A DNA stretch of 64,000 nucleotides from an uncultured Actinomycetota bacterium (GTDB lineage Bacteria; Actinomycetota; Acidimicrobiia; Spongiisociales; UBA5794). This document shows, piece after piece, positions 41,711 to 51,090 of this stretch. Position 1 is the first letter of the stretch, and the number at the start of each line of letters is the position of its first letter. The notes beneath the pieces were generated by a model. That model was not told where the DNA came from. It worked only from the letters and a program-made list of their open reading frames with translations, and did not search any database. Both the position numbers and the translations under genes were made by a program. Location: positions 2,334 to 66,333 of the forward strand of contig CAWAUO010000022.1 of the NCBI GenBank assembly GCA_963785245.1. Reading direction: 5' to 3'.

Positions 41711-42655
41711 CTAGGACCCGGCTGATTCGACCGGTGCCTCCGCCCGCCTGAACCACCAGGCTGCGAGGCCGACGCAGAGGGCGCCGATGCCAACGATCGC
41801 ACTCAGGAGCAGGTAGCCGTTGAGAAGGGCATCCCAGACGGCGGCCGCCCCTTCCCGGTAGACGTCGTTCTCGACCCTCCCGCCGGCATAGCTCGCGAAT
41901 ATGCGGATGGCGGCCAGGCTCACCAGTACGGCGATCGCCATGCCGAACCCGAAGTACTGAATCGGGCGGAGACGGTCCTTGTCGATGAGAACCGCGAGGC
42001 CGAGGACCAGCAACGCCACGATGGGGAGCACCCAGACGCCGGTCTGGAACACGTTCACGATCTCTCGGGGCCCGGCGAGCATGTCGGCTTGGATGAAGAC
42101 GATCTCGCCCACGTCGGTCTCGATATCGGCAAACAGGTCGATGCCGCGCGCTTCGAGCTCAGCCTGGACGAGTCCGGCGGTCCCTCCAAGGTCAATCCCG
42201 ATGCCGCCCTCGGTCGGTTGTGACGGGTCGCCGTCAAGGATGCCGATGACCCGCGAGTGCAACACCTCGAGTCCCTTGGTCCATACCGAAGCGAACGCAT
42301 CCGATGCGACGAGTCGCTGGGTCGCGTCGAAGACCCGCTCTTCGACGAGACCCATGACGTTCGGGGCGAGGAACGCGAGACGGTCGGGGAGCACCTCGGC
42401 GACTTTGGACTCGGCGCTGCTGTTGGCCCCGAGTACCTCGACCGTCTTCGTTGCGATCGCCGTTGAGACGGCCGGATCCTGTGGGAGGGGTGCGAGAGAC
42501 TCGACGAAGTGCTCCGTGTTGAAGATCCGGTCGTGGAGCCAGAACGCGTCAACAGCCATCGCCGCAAGCAGCACCGCGAGCACCGTCACGGTCACGGCCG
42601 CAATCGTTCGGGCGCGGCTCGTTTTCGGCTGGGATTCGTCGACCGCCTCTGCCAC
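41711..42655 (-). CDS. Hypothetical integral membrane protein
   Basis: N-terminal TM, extracytoplasmic helical region, three C-terminal TMs; RBS AGGAGG before GTG 42655. Confidence 0.7.
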   Translation of the reverse strand: MAEAVDESQPKTSRARTIAAVTVTVLAVLLAAMAVDAFWLHDRIFNTEHFVESLAPLPQDPAVSTAIATKTVEVLGANSSAESKVAEVLPDRLAFLAPNVMGLVEERVFDATQRLVASDAFASVWTKGLEVLHSRVIGILDGDPSQPTEGGIGIDLGGTAGLVQAELEARGIDLFADIETDVGEIVFIQADMLAGPREIVNVFQTGVWVLPIVALLVLGLAVLIDKDRLRPIQYFGFGMAIAVLVSLAAIRIFASYAGGRVENDVYREGAAAVWDALLNGYLLLSAIVGIGALCVGLAAWWFRRAEAPVESAGS

Positions 42656-42665
42656 GCTGATCCTC

Positions 42666-43130
42666 CTACTCGTCGATCTCGCCGAGAGCGGCGACGTACT
42701 CCTCGAATTCGCGTGGCGTCCCAAGCGATCCGCTGTCGATGATCGTACGCACAACGCCGTCGGCGTCGAGAACGAAGCTCATGCGGTTGGCGGTACCGAC
42801 ATCCCAATTGAACGCACCGAAGGTTGTCGCCACAAGGCCGTGCGGCCAGTAGTCCGAAAGGACCGGGAACGTGAATTCGTTCTCGTCCGACCACTTCTTC
42901 GCGACCTGCACGGCGTGACAGGTGATCACAACGACGTTCGCATCGAGATCGTTGAGGGCCGCGAGCTGGTCGCGGATCGCACAGACCTCTGAGTCGCAGA
43001 TGCCCGTAAACGGGAACGGGATGAAGACGATGAGGCTCTTCTTGCCCTTGAGATCATCGAGCGTGACCGGGTTCCTGTCCTGGTCCAGGAGCGAGAACGA
43101 CTTCGGAGTCGAACCGACCTGCACAGCCAT
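42666..43130 (-). CDS. Peroxiredoxin (AhpE/BCP-like redoxin)
   Basis: FIPFPFTGICDSEVC, VLSDYWPHG. Confidence 0.88.
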   Translation of the reverse strand: MAVQVGSTPKSFSLLDQDRNPVTLDDLKGKKSLIVFIPFPFTGICDSEVCAIRDQLAALNDLDANVVVITCHAVQVAKKWSDENEFTFPVLSDYWPHGLVATTFGAFNWDVGTANRMSFVLDADGVVRTIIDSGSLGTPREFEEYVAALGEIDE

Positions 43131-43211
43131 AGGGAGTCTCCTTGGTGGTGTGATCGGGAATCTAGCGGGAGAGAGGCTGGCGTCTGGCGACTGGTGACTG
43201 GCGACCGACCC

Positions 43212-44357
43212 TCACAACTCAAACTGATCCATCATCACGCGGGCGGCCCAGCCGACGGGGTCGGTGAACTCGGTGAGGGTTGGGAGGTTGTCTGGTTGCT
43301 CCCAGACGCGGTCGAGCGCCGTCTCGCCCCAGCGCTGTTCGACCTCGCGGCAGAAGGCGGCAGCGTCGGCTGCCCGGTGACGTTGGAGTTCGAGTCCGGC
43401 GATTTGTTGGAGGTACTGCTCGGCCTGATCCGGTTCGGACCGGCGGCGGGTGTTGGCACTCTCGATGAGGTCGAGGTCGGGGAGGAGGTCTGATCCGGCC
43501 TTCCGGACCAGATAGTCGCCGTAGCCTTCGATGAACGCTGTACACGACTGGATCGCGGCCAGTCGCACCGGATCGGCCGAGCCCTTGAGGAGCGCCGGAG
43601 TGGATGCACCGTCCTCACCGAGGAGTTCACGGATGCGGTCCGGGTCGTCGAGCGCCCCCATCTGGCCCATGAGGTCGGAGACGTCGAACTCAACCGTCTC
43701 GTAGAAGGCGTTGACCAGCGACACGAAGTGTCCCTTGAGCCACTCAATCTCCATCAGGCGCTGAAAGACCATCTCGTGAATCGTGGCCCAGAGGCGTGCC
43801 TGGCGGGTGTCGACCTCGGCTTCGAACGCAAACGCTTCGACGTTCGGAACCACGAGGTACGGCTCTTCGTGATCGACGGCAGGGATACCGGTGTCGAACT
43901 GGCCGAGCACCCGATGCGACATGAAGCCCACCATGGTCCCCGCCTGCATGCCGAGCAGCGCCGGCCCGAGTGGCTGGAGCATGGCTCCCATCTGGCCGAG
44001 AGACTCGGCGCCCGGGAGCCCGGCGAATCCGCCGGACAGCTTGTCCGAGAGTGGTTCGACGAGGATGCGAAAGGTCTGGATGTTTTCGAGTGCCCACGTG
44101 GTCCGGTCGGTCGGGTTGAGATCGCCGGGTGACGGAGCAGGGAGGTCGGCCGTTGCCTGGATCCGCAGTTCGGCCACGTGTCCGAGTTCGCGGTACTCCT
44201 CGGCGATGTCAGGTTCGATCGGCTGACGCTCGCCTGCGAGGTTCTTGGTCAGCTCCTTCGCGAGGTTCCAGTTGACGGGACCCGACGACTGGAACATGCG
44301 GAATAGCTGAGCGAACAGGTCGTCGCCGTCGTCGCTGAAGGGGAGATCACTCGTCAC
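43212..44357 (-). CDS. Zincin-like (DUF2342) putative zinc-dependent hydrolase
   Basis: GPVNWNLA, VLGQFD, LVVPNV, IHEMVF, FIEGYGDY, PDNLPTLTE. Confidence 0.8.
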   Translation of the reverse strand: MTSDLPFSDDGDDLFAQLFRMFQSSGPVNWNLAKELTKNLAGERQPIEPDIAEEYRELGHVAELRIQATADLPAPSPGDLNPTDRTTWALENIQTFRILVEPLSDKLSGGFAGLPGAESLGQMGAMLQPLGPALLGMQAGTMVGFMSHRVLGQFDTGIPAVDHEEPYLVVPNVEAFAFEAEVDTRQARLWATIHEMVFQRLMEIEWLKGHFVSLVNAFYETVEFDVSDLMGQMGALDDPDRIRELLGEDGASTPALLKGSADPVRLAAIQSCTAFIEGYGDYLVRKAGSDLLPDLDLIESANTRRRSEPDQAEQYLQQIAGLELQRHRAADAAAFCREVEQRWGETALDRVWEQPDNLPTLTEFTDPVGWAARVMMDQFEL

Positions 44358-45672
44358 CGGCGTCCTCTTCGGGTTCTTCGGCGTTCGACAGAGGAGGCGG
44401 GTCGTCCGGGCGTTCGATCAACAGCACGGTGGCGGTGATCGGCGACTCGTCGCGGGTCACCGTGACGAGGACCTCGTCACCGACGTGGTAGAGCCGCAGT
44501 GCGACAACCAGGTCCTCCATGGTGCGAACCTCGGCGCCGTCGACGTCGACAATTGCATCGCCAGGCAAGAACCCTGCGTCGCCGGCGGGCGAAGCGCTCT
44601 CGATGAGTTCCGCGATCTCGGCTCCGCTCGGCGTGAGCGCACCATCATCGGCGGTGACGATGTAGTCCGTGCCGTAGATCCCGATGAATGGATGCTTCGC
44701 CGTTCCGGTCTCGATGATCTCTTGTGTGATGCGTTCGACGAGTTCAACCGGGATGGCGTATCCAATGCCTTCTGCGCCGGCCTGGCTGACGCCGATCGCC
44801 GCGGTGATTCCGATCAGCTTCCCGTCGTCGTCGACGAGCGCACCGCCGCTCGATCCGGATGTGATCGGTGCATCGGTCTGCAGCATGCCGTAGAGGGCCG
44901 ACTGATCGCCGAATTCGACGGTCCGTGACAGCGCCGAAACGACGCCGACCGTGAGGGAGACCCCTCCATCCTGACCGAGGGGGTTGCCGACGGCGACCGC
45001 CATCTGGCCGATCGCGAGATTCTCCGTGGAGCCGAATTCGATCGGCTGGAGACCGTCGATGTCGACCTTCAACACCGCGAGATCGGTGTAGGCATCGGAT
45101 CCAACGATCTCGGCATCGTACGTGCGGCCGTCTTCAAGGACGACGCGACTGAACGATGCGTCTTCGATCACGTGGTGATTCGTTGCGATGTAGCCGTCCT
45201 CGAGGATCACACCGGATCCGGAACCGTTGAGGGTGAGGGTGTCTCCTTCGAGGTCTCCGACTTCGACGGTCACAACGGAAGGCACCACCTTGATGGCGAC
45301 GGCCTCTGGGACACCGGGGGCGGTGGGGGCGGTCACGATCTCGGTCGTGACCTCGCGGACGATGGTCGTGTCGGCGGCCGGTGGCTCGGGCGCAGCCGTC
45401 TCAGCCGGCTCGTCATCGAATACACCGAGGATGGCCAGGAGAGCGACGACAGCGAAGGCACCGAGAACGGCGGCGAGAAAGGCGACAACCCCGGTCGAGA
45501 GATGGCCGCGCCGCTTCGGTTCCGGCGCCGGCGGCGGTGGCGGAGTTGGCCGCGTCGTGGGGCCGGTCTCCGAACTCCAGGGCCTCACATACGCCACGTA
45601 CGGAGGATAGAGCTCATCAGAAGGATCGGGCTCAGGCACCGATGGTGTGCTTCCATGGGTAGTGTCGTCCAC
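44347..45672 (-). CDS. htrA: HtrA/DegP-family membrane serine protease with PDZ domain
   Basis: GSGVI, TNHHV, TDLAVL, AVGNPLG, QTDAPITSGSSGGAL, PDZ GFLPGDAI. Confidence 0.9.
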   Translation of the reverse strand: MDDTTHGSTPSVPEPDPSDELYPPYVAYVRPWSSETGPTTRPTPPPPPAPEPKRRGHLSTGVVAFLAAVLGAFAVVALLAILGVFDDEPAETAAPEPPAADTTIVREVTTEIVTAPTAPGVPEAVAIKVVPSVVTVEVGDLEGDTLTLNGSGSGVILEDGYIATNHHVIEDASFSRVVLEDGRTYDAEIVGSDAYTDLAVLKVDIDGLQPIEFGSTENLAIGQMAVAVGNPLGQDGGVSLTVGVVSALSRTVEFGDQSALYGMLQTDAPITSGSSGGALVDDDGKLIGITAAIGVSQAGAEGIGYAIPVELVERITQEIIETGTAKHPFIGIYGTDYIVTADDGALTPSGAEIAELIESASPAGDAGFLPGDAIVDVDGAEVRTMEDLVVALRLYHVGDEVLVTVTRDESPITATVLLIERPDDPPPLSNAEEPEEDAGDE

Positions 45673-45684
45673 GAAAGCGATTGT

Positions 45685-46140
45685 ATGCCCTCAGACCACC
45701 TATCCGAGCAGTCAGATCTCATTGCGGTGTCCGCCGATCCGGTGGATCCGGCCGACGTCGTTGCGGCTGTGTCGGCGCCGGACGCCGGCGCCGTCGTGCT
45801 GTTCGTCGGCACGGTGCGTGACCACTCGCCAGGCAGAACCGGTGTGACCCATCTGGAGTATGAGTCGTACGACGAGCAGGTCATCGACAAGATCGCCGAG
45901 GTCGTCGCCGAGGTTCGCGAGCGCTGGCCGGTGAGCAGGGTCGCCGCGATTCACCGGGTAGGCGATTTGGGGGTCGGGGAGATCTCGGTGGTTGTCGCGG
46001 TGTCGTCGCCCCATCGCAGCGACGCGTTCCCTGCGGGCCGCTATCTGATCGACGAGATCAAGGCGCGGGCACCGATCTGGAAGAAGGAGCACTGGCCCGG
46101 GGGGGCCGAGTGGGTGAGGGAGGATCTTCATCACTCCTGA
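45685..46140 (+). CDS. moaE: Molybdopterin synthase catalytic subunit
   Basis: GAVVLFVGTVRD, HLEYESY, IHRVG, SSPHRSDAF, IKARAPIWKKE. Confidence 0.93.
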   Translation: MPSDHLSEQSDLIAVSADPVDPADVVAAVSAPDAGAVVLFVGTVRDHSPGRTGVTHLEYESYDEQVIDKIAEVVAEVRERWPVSRVAAIHRVGDLGVGEISVVVAVSSPHRSDAFPAGRYLIDEIKARAPIWKKEHWPGGAEWVREDLHHS

Positions 46141-46738
46141 CTCGGTACGGTCTGCCGATCGAGAGGCGCTGGTTCGGCTGCTCGACGACCCGGTCGAGTT
46201 CCTCGAACACGAGGACGCCGACGTGCGTCGGCTCGCGATCTCCGTGTGCGTCGCCTCGGGACCGACCGACGAGTCGATCGCGGCACTTCGCCAACGCCTC
46301 GCCATCGACGAAGACGGCGCGGCGCGCTGCCATGGCCGCGGAGGCGCTCGGGGCGCGGGCGATGCGGCGATCCCAGACCTGGACCGGGCCCGAGCCGATG
46401 ACGATCCGCGTGTGATCGAGTCGGTTGCCACGGCGTACGGCGAGCTCCGGGCGGGATCGGCGGTCCCATGGCTCATCGAGGTGGCGACGGGGGATGGCGA
46501 CCGATCCGGTCGCGAGGCGGCCGTCGCAGCGCTCGGCGCGATCGGCGATGAAGCGGCGCTCCCTGCATTGCTTGGATTGATTGCGAAAGCTCCGCCCCAG
46601 GTCCGCCGCCGGGCGGTTGTGGCGCTGACCGTCTTCGATGATCCGGCCGTCGAACCCGCGATCCGGGACGCGGCGAGGGATCGCAACCCGTCGGTCCGCG
46701 AGGCGGCCGAGATGGTCGTCGGCCGCCAACCCGACTAA
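46141..46738 (+). CDS. HEAT-repeat protein, compensating frameshifts near 46320-46360; start unresolved
   Basis: DADVRRLAI, AMAAEALG, REAAVAALGAIGD, PQVRRRAVVAL, PSVREAA. Confidence 0.7.
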
Positions 46739-46870
46739 CGCTGCGAACCCAGGGTTCTCCACCTCGGATATGGCGCCGACAGCCCGCGGAATGAACGCGG
46801 GTGGCACGATCCGCCATTCCGTGGGCCCACGGCGCCAAATAGGAAGCTGAGAACCCTGGGTTCGCAGCGT
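46738..46870. repeat. 133-bp long inverted-repeat element, copy 2
   Basis: ACGCTGCGAACCCAGGGTTCTC...GAGAACCCTGGGTTCGCAGCGT; first base is the last A of the upstream TAA stop. Confidence 0.9.
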
Positions 46871-46940
46871 GGGATCCCGGCAGGCGCCAGTTCAAGCCTC
46901 TATTGTGGATTCGGGCCGGAGAACTGGAGGCGATGGGGCT

Positions 46941-48818
46941 GTGACGAGCACGCTCGAACAGGCGGGGCGACCCGACTTATCCGATGCCTATCCCACGGTT
47001 GCCCTCATGGTCCGCAAACGATCCCTCTCCTCGCCCGACGGTATCGCAATGCGCGACAAGCGATTCGGAATCTGGCAGGAACGAACGTGGACCGACCTCT
47101 GGGAAGAGATCGTCCTTGTGGCGCACGGACTGCTCGCCCTGGGCGTTCGAAAGGGCGATGTCGTCTCGATCCATTCCGAAGACCGGCCCGAGTGGGTGAT
47201 CTTCGACCTTGCGGCGATCGCGATCCGTGCGATGTCGACCGGCCTGTATCCGACCAACCCGACCACAGAGGTGCAGTACCTGGTCAACGACTCCGGCGCC
47301 CGCGTCCACCTTGCCGAAGACCAGGAACAGGTCGACAAGGTCGTCGAACCGGGGAGCGAGGCGTTTCCCCGCGTCGAGAAGATCGTCTACCTCGAACCGC
47401 GCGGTCTGCGGTCCTACGACGACGACCGGCTCCTCTTCTGGGACGACTTCCTCGATCTCGGCCGTGCGCATCGCGAGCAGCATCCCAATACGGTGGCGGA
47501 CGCGATGGCGGAGGCGGAGGCGGAGGACATCATGACGCTCGTCTACACCTCGGGCACCACCGGACCCCCGAAGGGTGCGATGCTGACCAACGCGAACGCC
47601 ACGTTCGCCATCGACAACCTCATCCTTGCCGAGGATCGTGCACCCGACGGCAGGATCCCGGGACCGAACGATCTGATCCTCACCTACCTCCCGCTCGGCC
47701 ATGTCGCGGAGCGCATCATGTCGACGTGGACCATGTGCGCGTCCGGGGCAGTCCTCAACTTCGCCGAGTCAATCGAGACGGTGCAGATCAATCTCCAGGA
47801 AGTCCAACCGACGCTGTTCTTCGCCGTGCCGCGCATCTGGGAGAAGATCCACGCAACGATCCTCATCAAGCTGAACGACGCGTCGTTCCTGAAGCGCCTC
47901 GTCAATGCGCTCGGACTGAAGATCTCTTCGTACGTCGGGCGTAGCCGGGCGGCCAACGGCGGCGACTACACCTTCGGATCTCGTCTGGCCTACTGGGTCG
48001 GCAACGTCATCATGTTCCGTGCCCTGAAAGAACGCGTCGGTCTCCGGCGATGTCGGTGGGCGGGAACGAGCGCCGCACCGATCGCCCCGGAAGTCATCCA
48101 GTTCTTCATGGGTTTCGGCGTCCCGCTGTATGAGCTCTACGGAATGACCGAGAACAGCGCCGTAGCCACCCTCAACTTCGGCGGGCGCGCCATCGTCGGA
48201 ACCGTCGGTGAGCCATACCCGGGAATCGGCCTCCGCCTCGACGACGAGACCGGCGAGATCCAGACCAACCATCCCGGCAACTTCCTCGGCTACTGGAAAA
48301 AGCCAGCCGAAACCGCGGAGACGTTCACCGACGATGGCTGGCTCATGACCGGGGATGTCGGGGTATGGGTCGAGGGGACCCATATCAAGATCATCGACCG
48401 GATCAAGCACATCATCATCACCTCCGGCGGGAAGAACATCTCGCCGTCCGAGATTGAGAACAGCCTGAAGACCTCCCCGTTCGTCAAAGAGGCGATGGTC
48501 ATCGGCGACGGTCGGAAGTACCTCACGGCGCTCATTGCGATCGAGTACGACGTCGTCGGCGGCTGGGCGCTCTCGCGGAGCATCCCGTACACGACCTACC
48601 GGGATCTCTCCGAGAAGCCTGAGGTGATCGAACTCATCCAGGCTGTCGTCAACGACACGAACGAGAAGTTCGCGACGGTTGAGCAGCTCAAGATGTTCCG
48701 TCTCATCCCCAAGGAACTGGACCACGAGGACGGCGAATTGACGGCCACACAGAAGATCAAGCGGAGAGCCATGGAGAGCATGTTCTCCGATCTCGTCAAT
48801 GGGATGTACGAGTCGTGA
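46941..48818 (+). CDS. Long-chain acyl-CoA synthetase (FadD15-like AMP-binding)
   Basis: YTSGTTGPPKG, YLPLGHVAER, VPRIWEK, YGMTE, GWLMTGDVG, IDRIKHIIITSGGKNISP. Confidence 0.92.
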   Translation: MTSTLEQAGRPDLSDAYPTVALMVRKRSLSSPDGIAMRDKRFGIWQERTWTDLWEEIVLVAHGLLALGVRKGDVVSIHSEDRPEWVIFDLAAIAIRAMSTGLYPTNPTTEVQYLVNDSGARVHLAEDQEQVDKVVEPGSEAFPRVEKIVYLEPRGLRSYDDDRLLFWDDFLDLGRAHREQHPNTVADAMAEAEAEDIMTLVYTSGTTGPPKGAMLTNANATFAIDNLILAEDRAPDGRIPGPNDLILTYLPLGHVAERIMSTWTMCASGAVLNFAESIETVQINLQEVQPTLFFAVPRIWEKIHATILIKLNDASFLKRLVNALGLKISSYVGRSRAANGGDYTFGSRLAYWVGNVIMFRALKERVGLRRCRWAGTSAAPIAPEVIQFFMGFGVPLYELYGMTENSAVATLNFGGRAIVGTVGEPYPGIGLRLDDETGEIQTNHPGNFLGYWKKPAETAETFTDDGWLMTGDVGVWVEGTHIKIIDRIKHIIITSGGKNISPSEIENSLKTSPFVKEAMVIGDGRKYLTALIAIEYDVVGGWALSRSIPYTTYRDLSEKPEVIELIQAVVNDTNEKFATVEQLKMFRLIPKELDHEDGELTATQKIKRRAMESMFSDLVNGMYES

Positions 48819-49804
48819 TCTTCGGCATCCTCACCTTCGCCCAGGCAGGTGGCCAGGATGCGGTCGAGAAGTTCGCGAACGCGACCAGCAGTGGCATCGC
48901 CCTCGGTGCCATCTACGCACTGCTCGCGCTCGGTCTGGTGCTGATCTACAAGGCGACGCAGGTCCTCAACTTCGCTCACGGCGCCATCGCCGCCCTCGGT
49001 GCGTTCTTCGCGGCCTATCTCGCAACCGTGATCAACTTCCCGGGTCGATACGTCACCTTCGCACCGACGACGGTCCAGTGGATTCTCTCGGCCCTCGTCG
49101 CCGTCGTGATCACCGCCGCCGTTGGCCTCCTACTCGAGCGTCTGGCCATCCGCCCGATGATCGGTGAACCGTTGTTCTCGGTGGTGATGATCACGATCGC
49201 TCTCGACATCGTGATCCGCACGATCACCAACGACCTCATCGGAGCGAATCCGAGACCCCTCGGCGATCCGTGGGGGGCAGACGTCATTGACCTTGGTCCG
49301 GCGGTGATCGCCAAGTCCGAAGTCGCGACCGTGATCGTCACGATCATCTGCCTCGTCGGCATCGCCCTGTTCTTCCGTTCCCGCTACGGAATCGCGATGC
49401 GCGCCACCGCCTTCGACCAGGAAGCGGCGATGGCCCAGGGCATCAGCGCAGGGAGGATCTTCGCGATGGCATGGGCGATCGGCGCCGGGCTTGCCGCGAT
49501 CGCCGGGATCTTCTCGTCGCTGTTCCCGCGGTCGTCCGTTGGCGTCGGCACCACGACTGCGTTCTTCGCATTCCGCGCTCTGCCCGCGATCGTCATCGGC
49601 GGTCTCGACTCGATCACCGGTGCGGTCCTCGGTGGCTTCATCGTCGGCCTGGCCGAGTCGTACGCGGGGACGTACCTCGCGGGCCCGAGTTGGTCGTTCC
49701 TCGGTCTCGGATTCTCCGGTGTGATGCCATACATCGTCATGCTCATTGTGCTGCTCGTCCGTCCCTACGGACTGTTCGGCACCGAGGAGATCCGGCGCGT
49801 ATGA
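48815..49804 (+). CDS. Branched-chain amino acid-type ABC permease (LivH-like)
   Basis: GAIYALLALGLVLIY, LNFAHG, GIAMRATA, IGGLDSITGA. Confidence 0.9.
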   Translation: MIFGILTFAQAGGQDAVEKFANATSSGIALGAIYALLALGLVLIYKATQVLNFAHGAIAALGAFFAAYLATVINFPGRYVTFAPTTVQWILSALVAVVITAAVGLLLERLAIRPMIGEPLFSVVMITIALDIVIRTITNDLIGANPRPLGDPWGADVIDLGPAVIAKSEVATVIVTIICLVGIALFFRSRYGIAMRATAFDQEAAMAQGISAGRIFAMAWAIGAGLAAIAGIFSSLFPRSSVGVGTTTAFFAFRALPAIVIGGLDSITGAVLGGFIVGLAESYAGTYLAGPSWSFLGLGFSGVMPYIVMLIVLLVRPYGLFGTEEIRRV

Positions 49805-51039
49805 GGGATCGACCCCGCCTCTTCGTGACCTACTCGTCGGAGATGTCGCTGCTGCCCACCTGGACGCAGAAGACCGCAGCGCTGATCTTCCTCGCAGTGC
49901 TCGCCCTGGTCCCGTTCGGCGTCATCCCGGGTCTCGGATTCCTCTCCGACAACGACTGGATGAAGATCCTCAGCCGGGTCGCCATCTTTGCGATCGGCGC
50001 ACTCGGCCTTCACATCCTGTCGGGCCTCGCCGGGCAGGTGTCGCTCGGGCATGCCTTCTTTGTTGCTGTCGGCGCCTACACCGCGGCGGTCCTGGGCGGG
50101 GAGACCGGAACGTCGCATTGGGGACTCGGCCTCCCGATCTGGATATGGCTGCCGGCCGCAGGTGCTGTTGCGGCTGCGATCGGCGCTCTCATCGCGCCGA
50201 CGGCGGTTCGCGTCCGGGGCATCTACCTCGCCATCGTCACCCTCGGTCTCGTGTTCATCGGCGAGTGGATCTTCCGAAGCCTCCCATCGATGACGGGCGG
50301 AGCTCAGGCCGGCCGCAAGTTCCCTGGCTTCGAGATCCGACTCTGGAAAGAAGAGGTGCCGCTGCTCGACCCGACCGCGGACGGTTCCTGGTTTGGCGTC
50401 GAGATGACCGGCGAAGCGAAGACGTACCTGCTCCTGCTTGTGCTCGTCGTACTTGCGGTAGTCGTCGCAAAGAATCTCCAGCGCACTCGCGTGGGCCGAG
50501 CGTTCATGTCGATCCGCGACCGTGATATCGCTGCCGAGGTCATGGGCGTTGCCGATGCTCGCTACAAACTGATGGCGTTCGCCCTCTCGTCCGCGTTCGC
50601 AGGTGTGTCCGGGGCGGTCCTCGGTGCTTTCGTCGGACGACTCGTGCCGGAGGGTTTCTCGCTGATCCTGTCCGTAGAGTTCGTGGCCATCCTGCTCATC
50701 GGCGGCATCGGAACGGTCACCGGGACCCTGCTCGGAGCCGCGTTCGTTGTCATCCTTCCACGTCTCGTCCAGGACTTCACCGGCCTCCTGGCCTCGACCG
50801 CCGAGACGGGAAGTGGCATTCCGGCTTCGATCGCCGGCGTCTTTGTGTCGACGAGCAACGGCGACTTCGGCATCGTCTCTACGCTCCCAGGAACGTCGCC
50901 CGGCTTGAACATCGCGCAGTTCAATCTTCTGCTCTACGGACTGCTCCTGATTGGGTTTCTAATCTTCGAACCGCTCGGTCTGTACGGGATCTGGATTCGG
51001 ATCCGCAACTACTGGAAGTCGTGGCCATTTACCTACTAG
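49801..51039 (+). CDS. Branched-chain amino acid-type ABC permease (LivM-like)
   Basis: GLAGQVSLGHAFF, RVRGIYLAIVTL, GRAFMSIRD, LLIGGIGT. Confidence 0.9.
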   Translation: MRDRPRLFVTYSSEMSLLPTWTQKTAALIFLAVLALVPFGVIPGLGFLSDNDWMKILSRVAIFAIGALGLHILSGLAGQVSLGHAFFVAVGAYTAAVLGGETGTSHWGLGLPIWIWLPAAGAVAAAIGALIAPTAVRVRGIYLAIVTLGLVFIGEWIFRSLPSMTGGAQAGRKFPGFEIRLWKEEVPLLDPTADGSWFGVEMTGEAKTYLLLLVLVVLAVVVAKNLQRTRVGRAFMSIRDRDIAAEVMGVADARYKLMAFALSSAFAGVSGAVLGAFVGRLVPEGFSLILSVEFVAILLIGGIGTVTGTLLGAAFVVILPRLVQDFTGLLASTAETGSGIPASIAGVFVSTSNGDFGIVSTLPGTSPGLNIAQFNLLLYGLLLIGFLIFEPLGLYGIWIRIRNYWKSWPFTY

Positions 51040-51090
51040 CAATCGCCCGATCGCCCCTGGCCAGGGCATGAGATCGGGCCTGAGGAGGAA

